Position numbers and translations under genes: made by a program. This document shows, piece after piece, positions 46,777-60,767 of a DNA stretch of 64,000 nt. Within the stretch, counting starts at the first letter, position 1; each line of letters starts with the position of its first letter. The stretch spans positions 103,686-167,685 of the forward strand of contig NW_003314410.1 of the NCBI RefSeq assembly GCF_000143415.4. The letters are read 5' to 3'. The notes under the pieces were generated by a model, which worked only from the letters and a program-made list of their open reading frames with translations, was not told the origin of the DNA and made no database searches. This DNA is from Selaginella moellendorffii. Lineage: Eukaryota; Plantae; Lycopodiophyta.

Positions 46777-49700
46777 TCGTTTAGGTAGGTAGCAATAGGC
46801 GAGTAAGACAGAGATTTGGAAAGCGAAGCTGCTTGCAACGAGCTAAGAGGTATGCTAGAGGTGATCAAGAAATCGTGTTGAAACTCTCAGCGTTTGAAGA
46901 TTGCAACGCAAAAGGGAGCCAGTGAAACAAGCAAAGTGCAAAACAACGGGCCAAGGAACTCTCAGAGCGAAGGGAAACTCACCGATGTGGACAATGCTGT
47001 GTGAATACGAACAAAACTAACGATCAAGAACACTTAGTTTCATGTTGCCAGGTTCGCGTGTGTTTCGATTTGTTCTAATTTCTTGTCATGAAGAAGCCAA
47101 GTGACATGTTGGTGCTACTCAACGACGATAAGAACTGAAAAACGCAATGTCACAGCGTGTGCCAAGAAGAAAAATGCTACTAGATTGGAGAGATTTTGTG
47201 TCAACGTTTTGGAGAGATTTGTTGTTGCTGTGCTCAACGCAATTCCTGCAACCCGAGAAACAACGCGATCTTCAGAACTTCAATCCAGCTGAAGACGTAC
47301 ATGACAATGACAACAACGATTATGATCCGTCGCTGATCCTTGGCCGGACCGGTCAACTCTCGCACCTCTCCACCTCGCATTAGAGCTTTTCTTTGTGTTA
47401 GCAATAAGCGAGTAAGACAACGAAACAAGAAAGATTTGTCGGAGACAGAAAAGCGAAGCTGCTTGCAACGAGCTAGGATCGAATGATCAACAATAAATGA
47501 AAGGCTAGAATTCGTGTTGAAACTCTCAACGTTTGAAGACATCAGGTTTGCTCTTTCTTTTCGATTGAGTGTCGACAGGGCCAAGAAGATGCTATGCTCA
47601 ACGCATAAGGGAGCCAGTGACACAGTCAAGCTAAGATGATATGCTCATCAAACAACTCAAACAAGCTAAGTGCAAAACAACGGCCCAAGGAACTCTCAAT
47701 GCGAACGGAAACTTGTGAATATCATTGAAAGTTGACGATACTTAGCTTCATGAAAAAGACAAGTGAACGTGTTGGCGCTGCTCAACCACGATAAGAACTA
47801 AAAATGCTGTGTTCAAAAAGAAAAATGCTACGAGCTTGGAGAGATTTTGTGTCAACGTTTTGGAGAGGCTTTGAGTTATGTAACCAAAATGTTTGTTCAG
47901 AGAACTGGACAACGCCAGGAGAGGCTTCAACCTTCCAGATCTATGTTCTCTTTAGTTTTCTTTATGGTATCTCTAACTTCCTTTTGTTTTGCAACACCAT
48001 GAGATTGGGACGGTACCACAGAACAACGTTCCAGGGCCAGCTAACGATGGGTAAATGGAAGTTTATGCTCTGGCAGTGGGAAAACGAGACGATCTACACA
48101 AAGCACTCTGTGGTGTCCTTGAAAAGAAATGAATACATTTACAAAGTTGCAAACATTTGTCAAGTAGTTATGTCTCTTCAGGCACTAGCTTAGCTGTTGT
48201 TTCCGTGGGAGTGGCCATTGCCAGCGGGACGGGAGCCGGTTTGTGAGCTTTATTCACGAAGTTCACGGATGAATCATCTAATCAATCCTTACTCCCGAGA
48301 TGCATGGGAAACGGAAAGAAAATTCGCCCAAGAGCCAAGAACAGTGGACGAACTAGAGATAAACAAAGAGTGGTTTGAGAATACAAGGTTAAAACTATTT
48401 TGCTTCTTGGTGTTAAGGTTTGTGGGCTAGCTAAGGCCCTGACTAACAAGTTGCTTTCTTATAGTGTGAAAGTTAGACTTCTCACAAGCCCAAAGCCACG
48501 TGACCCGAATATGCCAAGGCGCGATTCTTTGTTTGAGTAAGAGCTTGCAAACTTTGAGTATCATAAGTGTTCCAAAGGGTGCTTGCCGTCCTGAAACCAT
48601 GACCGCTAGGCAGTGGTGCGTTCCCTGGTCTCTCAAGTATCACAGTGTCCAGGCCTGGCAACAAAAGCAATGATACATTAGCAACACATCTCTCGTTTTT
48701 TTTCCCAGACATTACCAGCTTCTTTAGCAGCAACAGCCCGTGGCGAAGTAATCTGAGAAGGCTCGGCGGCACCCACCGAAAGGAAAATTTCAGTGTAACT
48801 TCGTGCCTTTCGTTTGTTTCTGAAAAGGAATGAGATGCGAGGAGCAAATAAATGAACCAAGAGCGGAAAATCTCACCCTGCAGTATCGAAGTAGCCCAAA
48901 GTTTGTGTTCCCAAAGATCAACCGTTGCACTTCTCGGCTCCCACTCGAGTACATATAGGCCTGAAAGGAACAAGGCAACGATGCTTTGGCAACTTCTATC
49001 AGGTCTTCAACTCAGCACAAGGAGAGTAACGTCAAGAAACATTGATTCAAAACAACACCAGACCTGGAATTGTTTGAGGGCTGTAACTTTGCGATCGGCA
49101 GAAATCATGCGAGAACGTTATGCTCTGACTTCGTCCTTAGGAGCATGACTTGGAGGAATGAGCTGCGTTTGCACGTTTCGCTCCTTCGTGTCTTTAAGAG
49201 CCTGCTTGACATAACACGAGAGCTTGATTTCTGCTGCCACCAAAACCAATGAAATCTTGGCTGTTGCCTGAGAAGGTCTAGATCATCTTGAGTCTCCTTC
49301 GAGTTGTAAGTGGCTGCCAGGTGTTTTCCCACATTATCATGTGCATAGGGAAACAAAATGTCCGTCACGAACGATACGGGAGTGGTGGTGCACACGAGAA
49401 AAACATTTGATGAAAGCCGCATAAATAGACAGCATTTCTTGCGGGATAGTTTTTCCTTGGAGCTGCAAGGCTGAGTTTCTTCACTGGTCCATACAAGCGG
49501 TCTGTATGGTCGAGGCGAAACTGGCGAACCTTAAGTGCGGCATCAAAATGATAATGGTAGCATTCTGCCTGCTTCGCAAAAGATTAAGAGTCAAGCTGGC
49601 AAAAATACTATCACCTGAGTTTTATCACAGAACCACGAGTCACCCCAAACGTAAATCCCATGGTTTTTCACTAACACTGCCGTCATTCGTGGATAAGCGG

Positions 49701-52700
49701 CACTCTTCCAGCAAAACACGAATAAGAAAGACAACAGTGAGAAACGAACGAGCTTTTACTCACGGCTGCTGCTAAAGAATCCGTGAGCTCGTAGTCATAC
49801 AATGATCGGGACTACGAGCTAGTGGTAGTAACCATGCCCTTCGATTCCTTTGATCATCTCCATGTCCACGACGGTGCGATGTATCGCCGGCTGAGATCCA
49901 GAAGCTGTGCAGGCACGCAACAGCGGCACGGAAGAGCCATCCAGCAGGCTGTCCGATCAGCAGGATTCCTCGTCCCCTCCCGCTACTCGCGACGAGTAAT
50001 TAAGTTTCGTTTTGGACTAATTGAGAACTTCCTCTTTTTGTCCTATGAACCATTGCCCCAATTGGCATATAACATACTTTAGCTCAAACTTAGGGTTCAT
50101 CGTTGATGAAGGGCTACGGCGGTGGATGCCGCGGACGGGATGTCTTGGGGTTGGGGTCACGACCCGTCCACTCTGCCCATTGATCGGCGTTTAGATAGGG
50201 CTTTTCTTTGCGTTAGCAATAAACAGAGATTTGGAAAGCGGTCTGTTAGAGGCGATCAAGAAATCGTGTTGAAACTCTCAACGTTTGAAGATGCCAGGTT
50301 CGCTCTTTCGATTGCAACGCAAAAGGGAGCCATCGACACTAGAAACAACTCAAACAAGCAAAGTGAAACAACGGGCCAAGGAACTCTCAACGCGAAGGGT
50401 GTGGACAACGCTGTGTGAATACAAACAAAACTAGATCAACGACACTTATTGCCAGGTTCGCGTGTGTTTCGATTTTGAAGAATCTAGGTTTGCTCTTTCT
50501 TTTCAATTGAGAGTGCCGACGGGGTCAAGAAGATGCTATGCTCAACGCAGAAGGGAGCCACACAGTCAAGCTAAGATGATATGCTCAATCAAACAACTCA
50601 AACAAGCTAAGTGCAAAGCAACAGTCCAAGGAACTCTCAACGCGAAGGGAAATTTGTGAATACGATCATTGACAGTTGATGATACTTAGCTTCATCTTGT
50701 CAGGTTTGGGTGTATTTAAATTTGTTCTAATTTCTTGTCATGAAAAGGACAAGTGACGTGATGGTAATAACTAAAAAATGCTATGTCCAAGAAGAAAAAT
50801 GCTACGAGATTGGAGAGATTTTATTGTTGCCGCGCTCAACGCAAGACCTGCGAGAAACAATGTTGGGCCAGAACTTGAAGACGTACATTGACAATGGTCC
50901 AACCTCAATGAAAACAACGACCATGAAAACTCCAAAGGCAAAAGCATGAATTTACAAGAAAAAACGCCTGAATCAACTCATATATTGATTTGTCTAACTA
51001 GGATGTTTGCTGTTCAACGAAATGGAAGTCGAAGTTTAAGAGGCCCGTGAGCTGTTTGTTCAAACCAAAATGTTTGTTCAAAGAACTGGACAACGCCAGG
51101 AGAGAGGCTTTAGTTTTCTTTATGGTTTCCCTAACATCCTTTTGTTTTTGGAACGCCATGAGATTGCAACAGTAACGTTCCAGGGCCAGCTAACGATGGG
51201 TAGATGGAAGTTACGCTTTGGCAGTGGCAAAACGAGACGATCTACACAAGTGGTTTCCTTGAAAAGAGATAATACATATACAAAGTTGCAAACATTTGTC
51301 CAGTAGTTATGTCAAAAAACATTCCCAGAGACGAGCTTCTGGAGGCTGCGACAGCTACTCAAGAGCTCGTTAAACCTCTTGTAGCTGTCCGAACTTGAAG
51401 ACCTCGGGCTCGTCACTTCCAAAACTTCCAAGCCGATCCCTTCTGGCGTGAGCACGAGCAGCTTCGTGTCTTCTGTCCATGGCCGAGGAATTTCTTCCAG
51501 TCCAATCGCTGCTGCCTGAGTATTTTCATCCAGCCTTTTGTCCAGCCTTGCCACTAGCTCGTGTGCCTCTGGCTCTCTCTGAGGGCTCTTCTTCGTCCCT
51601 GGCGTTCGGGAGTAGACTCAAAAGCTCGAGCTCATTTCCGCTTCTCAGGTACTCGAGCTCGTGCCTGAGCATTGCGTCCTTTGGCTTTGAAGTTGCAGCA
51701 GTCTCTTTGGTGTACTGCTGGTTGTATCTCTCCACAAAACTCACAACCTTTTCCTGGATCAACTCGGGGACGTGGCCACCTTGGAGCCAAGACGCAAACG
51801 CGAGACTCTTTTCGTAGTCCCTACCTCGTCTCTGTGAAAGGGAGAGGCTCGCTGTTAAGACGCATCAAACACCCGACGCCAGTTCGCCAGGATCCGGGTG
51901 CCACCTTCCGCACTGCTCTGGCTGCAACACGGCTAGCTTCCGGTTCTTCATAGCTCAGGTGCACTTCCAGCGGAGAAAGTAGAGACTTGCATTCATTGGT
52001 TTTGTATGACATGCTTAATCTGGTTTGGATTTATTAATTCAGGTTACTTGCATACTTTATTTCCATCCTGAAAAATGTTAATGGTCAGAGGCATGAATAA
52101 AGACCATTAGCCAGGATTTTCTGATTGACTCGACTACAATGAGGTAATTCTGCGAAGATACATGGCCATGTGGTGTGCTACCAGAAGGCTGGGCAGGTTC
52201 CTTTGATCAAAGCGCTGACAATCTCTCCAAAACGTGAGCAACACCAGCATGTCACTTGGCTTCTTCATGACAAGAAATTAGAACAAATCGAAAGACACGA
52301 GAACCTGGCAACATAAACCTAAGTATTGTTGATTGCACAGCGTCGTCCACATCAGTGAGTTCGAGTGTCACTGGCTCCCTTTTGCGTTGAAAAGAAAGAG
52401 CGAACCTGGTGTGAGAGTTTTAACACAACCCCTCTAGCCTTTCTTTTATGGCATTGGATTAGGCAGCGAGGATCATGTTGTAGGAGGAGATTGGAGCACT
52501 AGATCCAAAGGCCGCTAGAAATCAATCTGCCAGCGATTAGGCCGTGGAACAAACTAATTTACTCTCCACGTCTTACAGCTGACGATGCCACTCATGAAGA
52601 GCAGCACCTCCAAAAACTAAAGTAGCCTTCGTGCATTGATTTCTATTCGTGATGAAAACAAGGGGGACCATTCGCCAATCTTATTTGAAGCTCCTGTGCG

Positions 52701-52708
52701 GAGAGGAG

Positions 52709-53291
52709 CTAGCAGTCCAGGGTTGTAAACCTCGCGAAGAGCTCGCTTTGCAGCAGCCTCTTCATCTGCTCCAGCATCACCACAATCCGGCGCTCTCGCA
52801 TCCCGCCCTGGGGCGTGGGAAGTAGCACCACCACCCCGTTGCCATACCACGGCTCCAGCACCATCGAGAAGTGGGCCGGCCGCCCCCACCCAAACTCGAA
52901 CTCGTACACCGGGAACGAGTGCAAGTTGACGCTGTAGATCCCCATCCCGGTGCTGGGTGGCGGGACGTTGAGCCCGATATCATGGCCCTTGCGCAGCGTC
53001 TCCTCCATCCAGTCGATGGTGGACTGGATCCTCTCCTGGCCTACGTTGCGGACATCCTCGTGGAAGAGCCGCGCGGCGTGGGAGACGTGCTTGTTTTTGA
53101 GATCGCCCACGGCGCACGGCAGGCAGAGCGTGAAGGAGGAGGTGCCACAGTACTCGCTCGGCATCGGTGGCTGCCACCGGTTTCTGCCCACCTTGGTGGA
53201 CACCGCGTAGATGTAAGTGTTGGTCACCGAGTCGTCGAAGTCACGGGCCTCGGTGAACGATCGTGGACACGGACTCTACGCGCACAACCAT
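52709..53291 (-). pseudogene. BAHD acyltransferase copy 3 with a large internal deletion
   Basis: MVVRVESVSTIV is joined out of frame to the ...EARDFDD C-terminal half at about 53255. The HXXXD motif and the intron are lost, and there is an extra 6-nt deletion near the C-terminus. Confidence 0.92.
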
Positions 53292-53479
53292 CTTTGCAAC
53301 CAAAGATGAAATCCACAAAACACTCAAGAGAGGGAGAAAGAACACCACAAAAACTTTCGAAATACACTCACAAACTTCGATGATCCCACACGAGACGTTT
53401 CTTCCCGAAGATCCCACGAGAAGAACGTGCTTATCGCACATTGTCCTAGATTGACAGAAAAATATCATTCATTTTATAG

Positions 53480-54450
53480 GGCTGGGTGTTGCGATCCTTG
53501 TTGGGTCGCCTCGTGCGCCGACCGTCAGGAGCAGCAGCACTCTCCGCGAAGAGGATCCCAGCTCCAGGAAGCGACAGGAGACGGAGATTGTGAAGCCCTC
53601 GATTCACGCCTCGTCCAGCGCTCCAAACCCACGTCAAGCCGGCTAGATTCTGGAGGGCGCAGAGGAGCGGACAGCAGGTTTTCTTAGATTTGTTTTCCTT
53701 TTGTTCTTTTGATCGTGTGATTGTTTGATTCTTATTTCCTCTGTTTGACAGTTGTGCGCGGCCGGAGCTTTCAAATGCGTCACGGCTTCGTATTATCGTC
53801 TTTCCATTCATCCTCTCGTACACAATGCTCCATTTGGTCTCCCTGATCATGTGAACCAAGCACTCTTAATCACGGTTTGTCTTGTGGATCATAGCGTATA
53901 GACTGTGGTGATGGATGATCCTTGCGTTTTTCGCCTAGGTCCGGGGACTTGATGGCTAGCTATCTCTTTGTTGCGGCCAGCAGCCTCGCGAAGCTCTTGA
54001 CTCAATCGCCATCAGAAGTTTCCAAGAGGCTTTGCATGAAAGTTTTCACTTGCATGTTTTATAGCGGGATTTGTTTTGTCATGACCATAAAACACGTCTT
54101 TCACTGCCGAGGCAACCTGATTTTTGCTCGTTCCTGCGCCTTTACGAGAATTGGTAGCATTCATTTCCTCGACTTGGTTGATTGATGATCGTCCCAAGTG
54201 ACAAATGTTCCCCAAAGCGTCTTACTGCTTGAAGGATGTTCCCTCCTTAGAAGAAGGTAACGAAGAAGAACAATCCTCACCAGAAGCATTTCTCGAGTGA
54301 GTCACGTCATTCTTTTCTCTCGTTCGTAAGAATTGGCATTTCAACAGTGATATCTTATGGCACGTATGCCTGTAAGAATCCAGAAGAAGCAAAACCTTTT
54401 AACGAGCTCGCAGGGATTTGATAGGGCTGCACCCAAGCCGACTAAACAAT
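53480..54450 (+). pseudogene. Decayed inverted copy of the DUF3082-like and cytochrome c6A genes
   Basis: Reverse complement of 56760-58060 with deletions; mirror of 15770-16680. Confidence 0.85.
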
Positions 54451-55269
54451 CTCATGCAGGACATGCATGAATGCGTTGTAGCGCGTTCCTTAGTCGCGTA
54501 TGCCGCGTTGATCATTCTAAAGCATAACTCTTAGCAGCTTAACACAAAGAAAAGCCCTAAACGAACTTACCTTACGAGGTGGAGAGGTGCGAGGCCGGTC
54601 AAGGATCAGCGACGGATCATTGAGGTTGGACCATTGACGTCTTCTGAAGATCGCAGGTGCCCAACGTTATTTCTCAGCGTTATTTCTCAGCTCGCGCTGA
54701 GCGCAGCATCCATGGAATTCGTTGAGCAAATTGTGCTCCACCTCATTTTCACGGTGCAAATAGCACAGTACCGTGACATCACAGAATTCATCTTGTAAAC
54801 TTGGGTCCATTTCAATTTGCTTGAGAATCTGGCATTTTGCAATAATGAGCAGTGGAGGAGTAAAACTCCATACTTTTACAGTGGTCCTAGCTGGGAACTG
54901 CTTCTGACGATTTCATGCCAAAAAGCTTGTTTTTTGTTGTGGAAGTTTCATATAGACAAACGCGATCAAGCTCTTGTAAGACAGAACCAAGTTTACATCA
55001 GGACGTGAGCTACTTTTGCAAGATCTGGGACACCTATTCCCTTTCTTGAAATAAAAAGAAATTACAGAAAATTGCTAATAAATTACGAGAAAAGGGGCAC
55101 TAAGACGCCAGTATACTGCTCTCTTTGCACCGTGAAAATCCCGTCCTTAGGGTGGAACACAATCCATCTAGTGGGAGTAAACCCCACACACTGCCCAATC
55201 CAGTACATGTTGTACGTGCTACAATACCACGCCTTGCCACCACCGTCATCCACAAAGGCATCATCTTTT

Positions 55270-55850
55270 TCACGTTGTGTACATGGGATACTTCATCCTG
55301 CTAGTCACTGCTGGTGCCACCATGTTGACAACTGGATTTGATTGATCAGGTGGTTGTTGCTACTGCTGAGGTAGTGGTGAACTTTGACAAGGTCCCCACT
55401 CTTCCTCCTTTGGCTGCTTTTCTGTTTTCCTTCGTAAGACAACTTCTACAGCCTTTTCTGCTTGTTCTTGTCATCATCTCTGGCTACGCATGCATAAGCT
55501 ACTGCTCTGTGGCTGAAGTCTGGTCTTCTTCCCTCAGCTTCACTCCTTGTGAATGAAACCAGGAATCCCAGGTTTGACACTCCAAGAGATCTCAGTGGGG
55601 CCCCTGGAAAAGACCAGACCTGGTATAGCGTTTTTCCAGAGATTATTCAAGAAAAAGAGGATATTCGAAAGAGTCTGGTCGAAGTAGAAATTCCTTTGTC
55701 AGACGGTTTCCAAGCTCTCAAAGTTTAATCCATTTGAAGACACACTCACAAGCAAAAGTTGTGTTCGAGGAGGCAGTGGCAGGTGCTGCGACACCGGTGT
55801 TTGATCACGTGTGCCTTGTCCGAGAGCCCTGGCTAAACATCAAGGCCGTG
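55270..55850 (+). repeat. Direct duplicate of 44640-45210
   Basis: acgttgtgtacatgggatacttcatcctgctagtc...gagccctggctaaacatcaaggccgt is present at both sites. Confidence 0.9.
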
Positions 55851-56130
55851 AAGAACCGTGCTGTGTTCAAGGAAGACTGTGGGATGTTTAAGAAAATCAT
55901 ACACCATAATCCACAAGTAAAGATCTTTTTCTCGGAGTCATCGCCCTGTCGATTTCACAAAGTCCATGTCTCGGACAAGACGGAGAAGCGTGCTTGAATC
56001 GGCCGTTTAAGTACTACAACTTGGGTGTGAGTAAGTCTCGCTCGATTCACGTAATCTTTGGTGTTAAATCTCGTATCGATCCATCACATGGCGCTGTGCT
56101 TGCCCGAGTTTGCAAACACTCGAAGAAGAA
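55770..56130 (+). pseudogene. Spermidine synthase 3' fragments
   Basis: Remnants of EAVA..., CLVREPWLNIKAVKN and RPFKYYN with intron sequence, inverted relative to the intact SPDS gene. Confidence 0.75.
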
Positions 56131-56684
56131 AGTGGACTGTTTGAAAAAGAGGCTTAAAGCTTTGAAGACAGCACAGGTATTTTGGATTCATCAAGAACGT
56201 TGTCAGCTTTTCTTTCTCTTCCTCCACGCAAATGGATGCTCCTATTGTGGCGGCGCCATCGTATCAATTTTGTACTTCAATAAAGTCCATGCATTCATAA
56301 ACATTACAAAATCCACTCACACAATTGTAACGAAGGCATGCTGACTCCTGAGGGTGACGTCGTTGCAAATTTACCTGGAATAGATCATTCACTGTCTGTT
56401 ATAGAAAATTTGATTTGCAGCAATTGAGCATTCAAAACCAAAAACTAAATAAGCATTCAAAATCAGATCATGCCTTTGTATTGGATGATGAGAATTGGCT
56501 TATCTATCTATCTATTTTATAAGCAAAACCGTCATAGGAAGACAGAATAATTTTTTTCTACAACCACCTCCTCTCAGATCGAAGGCCTGCACTGATGCCA
56601 ATGCATGAGGGATATCTCACCCTGGACATTCCTGGTGAGTTGTATCACTTCAAACTCCACACCATCCCACAATTATACTATTGA

Positions 56685-57253
56685 TCAATCCAACCGTGGC
56701 CAGCCTTGATCGGCTTGGGATTTCACAAACTCAGCAAGAGCTTGAATATCTTGGTCACTAAGTCGGCTTGCGAATGTACATTGGCCTTGAGGTTTGCAGC
56801 CCTCTCCAAATCCCTGCGAGCTTGTTAGCTGAGGTTAAAAGGCTTCTCTGCTTCTATCGAATGGCTTCTTACAGGCATGCGTCCTTTGCCATAGTACGTG
56901 ATTTTGACGATATCTTCCACTGTTGAGATGCCATTCCTGCGAATGAGAGAAAAGAATGACGAGAGTCACGCGAGAAATGCTTTTCCTACCGTTGGAGATC
57001 GTCCGCTCCAAGTGTGGCTCCCTGAAAGAAAAGTTCCCGTGAGTTTCAGATGGTCGTGCAAAGCGTCTTACTGCTTGAAGAATGTTCCCTCCTCGAGCAT
57101 GGCAACCAATACATGATCTCTGGAACGTCTCAGCGCCTGTGCTAGCATCCGATTCTCCCACTAGAAGAAGATAAATCAGCCAAGTTGAGTAGAGAGAATG
57201 AATGTGTTACCAGAATTCGTAAAGGCGCAGGAAAGAGCAAAGACCAAAGCCAT
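56685..57253 (-). CDS. PETJ: Chloroplast cytochrome c6A, at least 5 exons
   Basis: Exons 57253-57211, 57160-57072, 57021-56990, 56936-56873 and 56813-56685 give GAETFQRSCIGCHARGGNILQAGATL...NGISTVEDIVKITYYGKGRMPGFGEGCKPQGQCTFASRLSDQDIQALAEFVKSQADQGWP. This has CXXCH and the c6A loop insertion with two Cys. The true 5' end is uncertain. Confidence 0.92.
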
Positions 57254-57417
57254 AGCGAAAGACCTGTTCGATGGTCATGGCAAAACAAATCCCGCTAGAA
57301 AGCATGCAGCATGAGAACGAGTAAAAACTTTCATGCAAAGCCGGGTTGGCTACTGTACATGAGCCCAAATATATACATACGCGCTTGTACTATACCTTGC
57401 GTGAGAATCCACAAAGT

Positions 57418-58059
57418 TTACCTCTTGGAAACGTCTGCTGACGATTGAGTCAAGAGCTTCGCCGAGAGGAGAGCTAACCCGACGCTGCTGGCCGCAAACA
57501 AAGAGATGGCCAGCCATCCAAGTCCCAGTACCTTGGCGAGAAAAGCAGGGATCATCCATCACCAAAGTCTATATGATCACAAGATCATACCGTAGTTGCC
57601 AGTGCTTGGTTCACATCGTCAGTGAGACCAAATGGAGCATTGTGTACGAGAGGATGAGTGGAAAGATGATCATACGAAGCCGTGACGCCTTTGAAAGCTC
57701 CGGCCGCGCACAGTGCTCCTAGAACCGAGCCTGTGATACTCTGTCACATAATCAAAAGAACAAATCTTAACAGGAGATGGCTATCGATCGTGTGTTACCT
57801 GCTGTGGAGTGGGCTTCTTGTAGGATTTGCCCCATCCCCTCTGCGGCCTCCAGAATCTAGCCGGCTTGACGTGGGGTTGGATGAGCTTGGGATTGAGGAG
57901 CTCGGCGCTGGAGGGGGCGTAGGGAATGCGATCGAAGCGCGGCCGCGAGGGCTCCACAATCTCCATCTCCTGTCGCTTCCTGGAGCTGGAATCCTCCTCG
58001 CGGAGAGTGCTGCTGCTCCTCACGGTCGGCGCACGAGGCGACCCAACAAGGATCGCCAT
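57418..58059 (-). CDS. DUF3082-like plastid membrane protein, 3 exons
   Basis: Exons 58059-57799, 57740-57591 and 57531-57418. Transit-like N-terminus, KKPTPQQSITGSVLGALCAAGAFK...HPL and TTVLGLGWLAISLFAASSVGLALLSAKLL (two hydrophobic helices, DUF3082-like pattern recalled from memory). Confidence 0.7.
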
Positions 58060-58758
58060 CAAAGCCCTAAAATGGATGATATTTTTTGGCCTCTTTGTTT
58101 TTCTTTCTTGAGTCGATCGTTCTAGCTGCAGCCCTGCATTCTCTGCCTTTGCAACTTCCAGGGGGGCGTGAGATTCGCATATGGAAGTTCCGAAGAGCCC
58201 GGGGGCGATGCGGCTGGGAGGAGCGTAACTCGGCTAAGTCTCGCGATCCAGCAAATCAAGAAGATGAAGAAAGACAAGAGTGGTGTAAGCACTGAAAGGG
58301 CCGTGTTTGGAAAGTTCTAGCTCGAGGCTTTAAGCTTTGAAGATAGCACTAGAAACATATAACTGCCACTTCGTCCCAATGCCCCCATCTCCCATTACAC
58401 AAAATTTTTGACGTGCACCGCCTTGGATTATGAATCAACGTCATAGTTTTCAAAGCATAGGAACACTTTCAACATTTGCTCACTTTCCATGGCATCACAA
58501 CCACAGGAATGGATTTAGTGCGGCATCTGATTTACAAATAATACACCATAATCAGCAAGTAAGAAAGTTTAGCTCAAGGTTTTCCTGCAAATACAAACTT
58601 ATAAATTCCAGACCCAGTACAGTAATGGTGAATTCTGTTGCTTGTGACATGGGACGAAGTGGTCCATGCTTTGATTGAGCGCATGGATCAATCCCAGTTA
58701 CATGTTTATAGGCCTGTCTTCCAAACTTCGATAACTCTTTCTCCATACCTGGGTACCT

Positions 58759-60229
<1,471 letters not shown>

Positions 60230-60571
60230 CGCTCTCACGCTTGCTTCAAACGCCTCGAACTTTTAAGCCTTGACCCTCGTTTGCTACAGGCACTTAAATG
60301 CCTCTCCAGTAGAAATGGTCAGTACATTACACGCAGTGACAATATGCTACCTTCTCTGATACTCTGAGAACAAAATCTTTGGGAAAACTAGAGGAAAAAG
60401 AAAGCTTGCAAGAGTGATGCGAGTTTCTTTAGCTTTTTCAACGTACTTTCACATTTTGAAGGCCTGGTTGGAGATTCCAAAAACTAGCTATGGGATTAAA
60501 TAACAAAAATTACAAAAGTATAATATTTCTTAAGGATACTATTAAATTGTTGGTGGCATTCCATTTTACAT

Positions 60572-60721
60572 CTAGACATTGGCAGTTGGTCCAAAGTTAT
60601 TGGTGGCATTTCATTGCCAACACCTTTGGTCCTTAACTACCCATGTGACTAAAATGGCCTATAGACATTGGTAGTTAGTCCAAAGTTGTTGGTGGCATTT
60701 CATTGTTAACACCTTTGGTCT
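60572..60721 (+). repeat. Tandem duplication, period about 89 bp
   Basis: tagacattgg.agtt.gtccaaagtt.ttggtggcatttcattg..aacacctttggtc occurs twice. Confidence 0.8.
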
Positions 60722-60767
60722 TCAAGCCATTCACCACTACTTTTGTCACCAAAATGGCCCACTACCA

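Larger units (their letters stand above)
45480..55271. repeat. Right arm of the large inverted duplication (mirror of about 15316-27008)
   Basis: Colinear reverse complement of the left arm with many indels; see the left-arm entry. Confidence 0.88.

Noticed and set aside
57569-57590. Apparent 22-nt GT-AG micro-intron
   Set aside because: Using the acceptor at 57532 instead gives a normal 59-nt intron and restores the second hydrophobic helix.
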